A DNA stretch of 64,000 nucleotides from a virus. The stretch spans positions 32,001 through 96,000 of the IMG/VR virus record IMGVR_UViG_3300027795_000039; one strand, given 5' to 3'. Positions 63,635 to 64,000 of the stretch are shown here, piece after piece. The notes beneath the pieces are model-generated. The model saw only the letters and a list, made by a program, of their open reading frames with translations, ran no database searches and was not told the origin of the DNA. The stretch's first letter is position 1; each line of letters starts with the position of its first letter. Both the position numbers and the translations under genes were made by a program.

Positions 63635-64000
63635 GTTACCGCCGTCACCTTCCGCGACGAGTCGACGCCGACGCTGCCAGGCGCGGCCATGATCACCCAT
63701 TCTTCTTCCAGCAAGCAACCGAACCCGGTGCGCGGGGTGCTGAATACCAGCTCGGCCGGGACCGTTGTCTTTAGTACCAGCCCGGTCTCACCTGAGGTAC
63801 GCATCTCATCGGTGTAAGCGAACTCATTGGCTACTGTAGCCGCGCCGGACCACGATGAGATTGGGCGCCACTTCGGCGCGCTAACCTCATCTCCAGCCTT
63901 CATCGCCTTACCGTCATCACCAAATGCCCACGGCGCGGTATCGCCGGTGACGTGCATCCCGCGGTAAACCGTGACGTGGGTAATCCCAGCGGCCTTCAGG
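63631..64000 (-). CDS. C-terminal ADP-ribosyltransferase domain of a gene starting outside the window
   Basis: LKAAGITHVTVYRG...RPISSWS...STPRTGFGCLLEEEWVI. Confidence 0.78.
   Translation of the reverse strand, partial: LKAAGITHVTVYRGMHVTGDTAPWAFGDDGKAMKAGDEVSAPKWRPISSWSGAATVANEFAYTDEMRTSGETGLVLKTTVPAELVFSTPRTGFGCLLEEEWVIMAAPGSVGVDSSRKVTAVT

Noticed and set aside
1-64000. tRNA, rRNA, integrase or transposase genes
   Set aside because: None recognised by eye; a tRNAscan or Rfam run would be needed to exclude them formally

Overview
This window is the virion-morphogenesis region of a large tailed phage, probably with an actinobacterial host (inferred from the bL12 sequence, leaderless starts and tail gene types). 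Structural genes run on the minus strand. From right to left they are MuF/effector polyproteins, prohead protease-scaffold, major capsid, head decoration genes, adaptor, tail terminator, major tail, tail chaperones with a -1 frameshift, tape measure and a minor tail gene. Three things stand out. (1) The predicted major capsid gene (24717-29848, minus) is split into 11 exons by 10 intervening sequences. Nine are group I introns of three sequence types; the tenth is a 60-nt core-less mini-intron that keeps an exact P1/P10 but carries an in-frame stop. Manual splicing gives a clean 608-aa ORF. One intron appears to end in A instead of G, and one encodes a DUF559-type endonuclease with a free-standing paralog just downstream. 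(2) Seventeen copies of a peptide tag, x-x-K-VG[PKA][EK]GY[IE]HG[WFY], occur in 13 ORFs, generally just upstream of an effector or helical module. These ORFs hold about 16 R-S-E ADP-ribosyltransferase domains plus PARP-like, DUF3626-like, zeta kinase, HEXXH peptidase and NUDIX domains, which suggests a capsid-loaded, protease-released effector arsenal with candidate immunity modules. (3) Many small plus-strand genes are inserted antisense between structural genes, ten of them behind a TTTACA-N17-TATAAT-type promoter and most with a CAGGAACAGGAA-like leader; a phage-encoded rplL lies in one such plus-strand block. All calls are from motif recognition by eye; no database searches were run, and some splice junctions are uncertain by about 3 nt.
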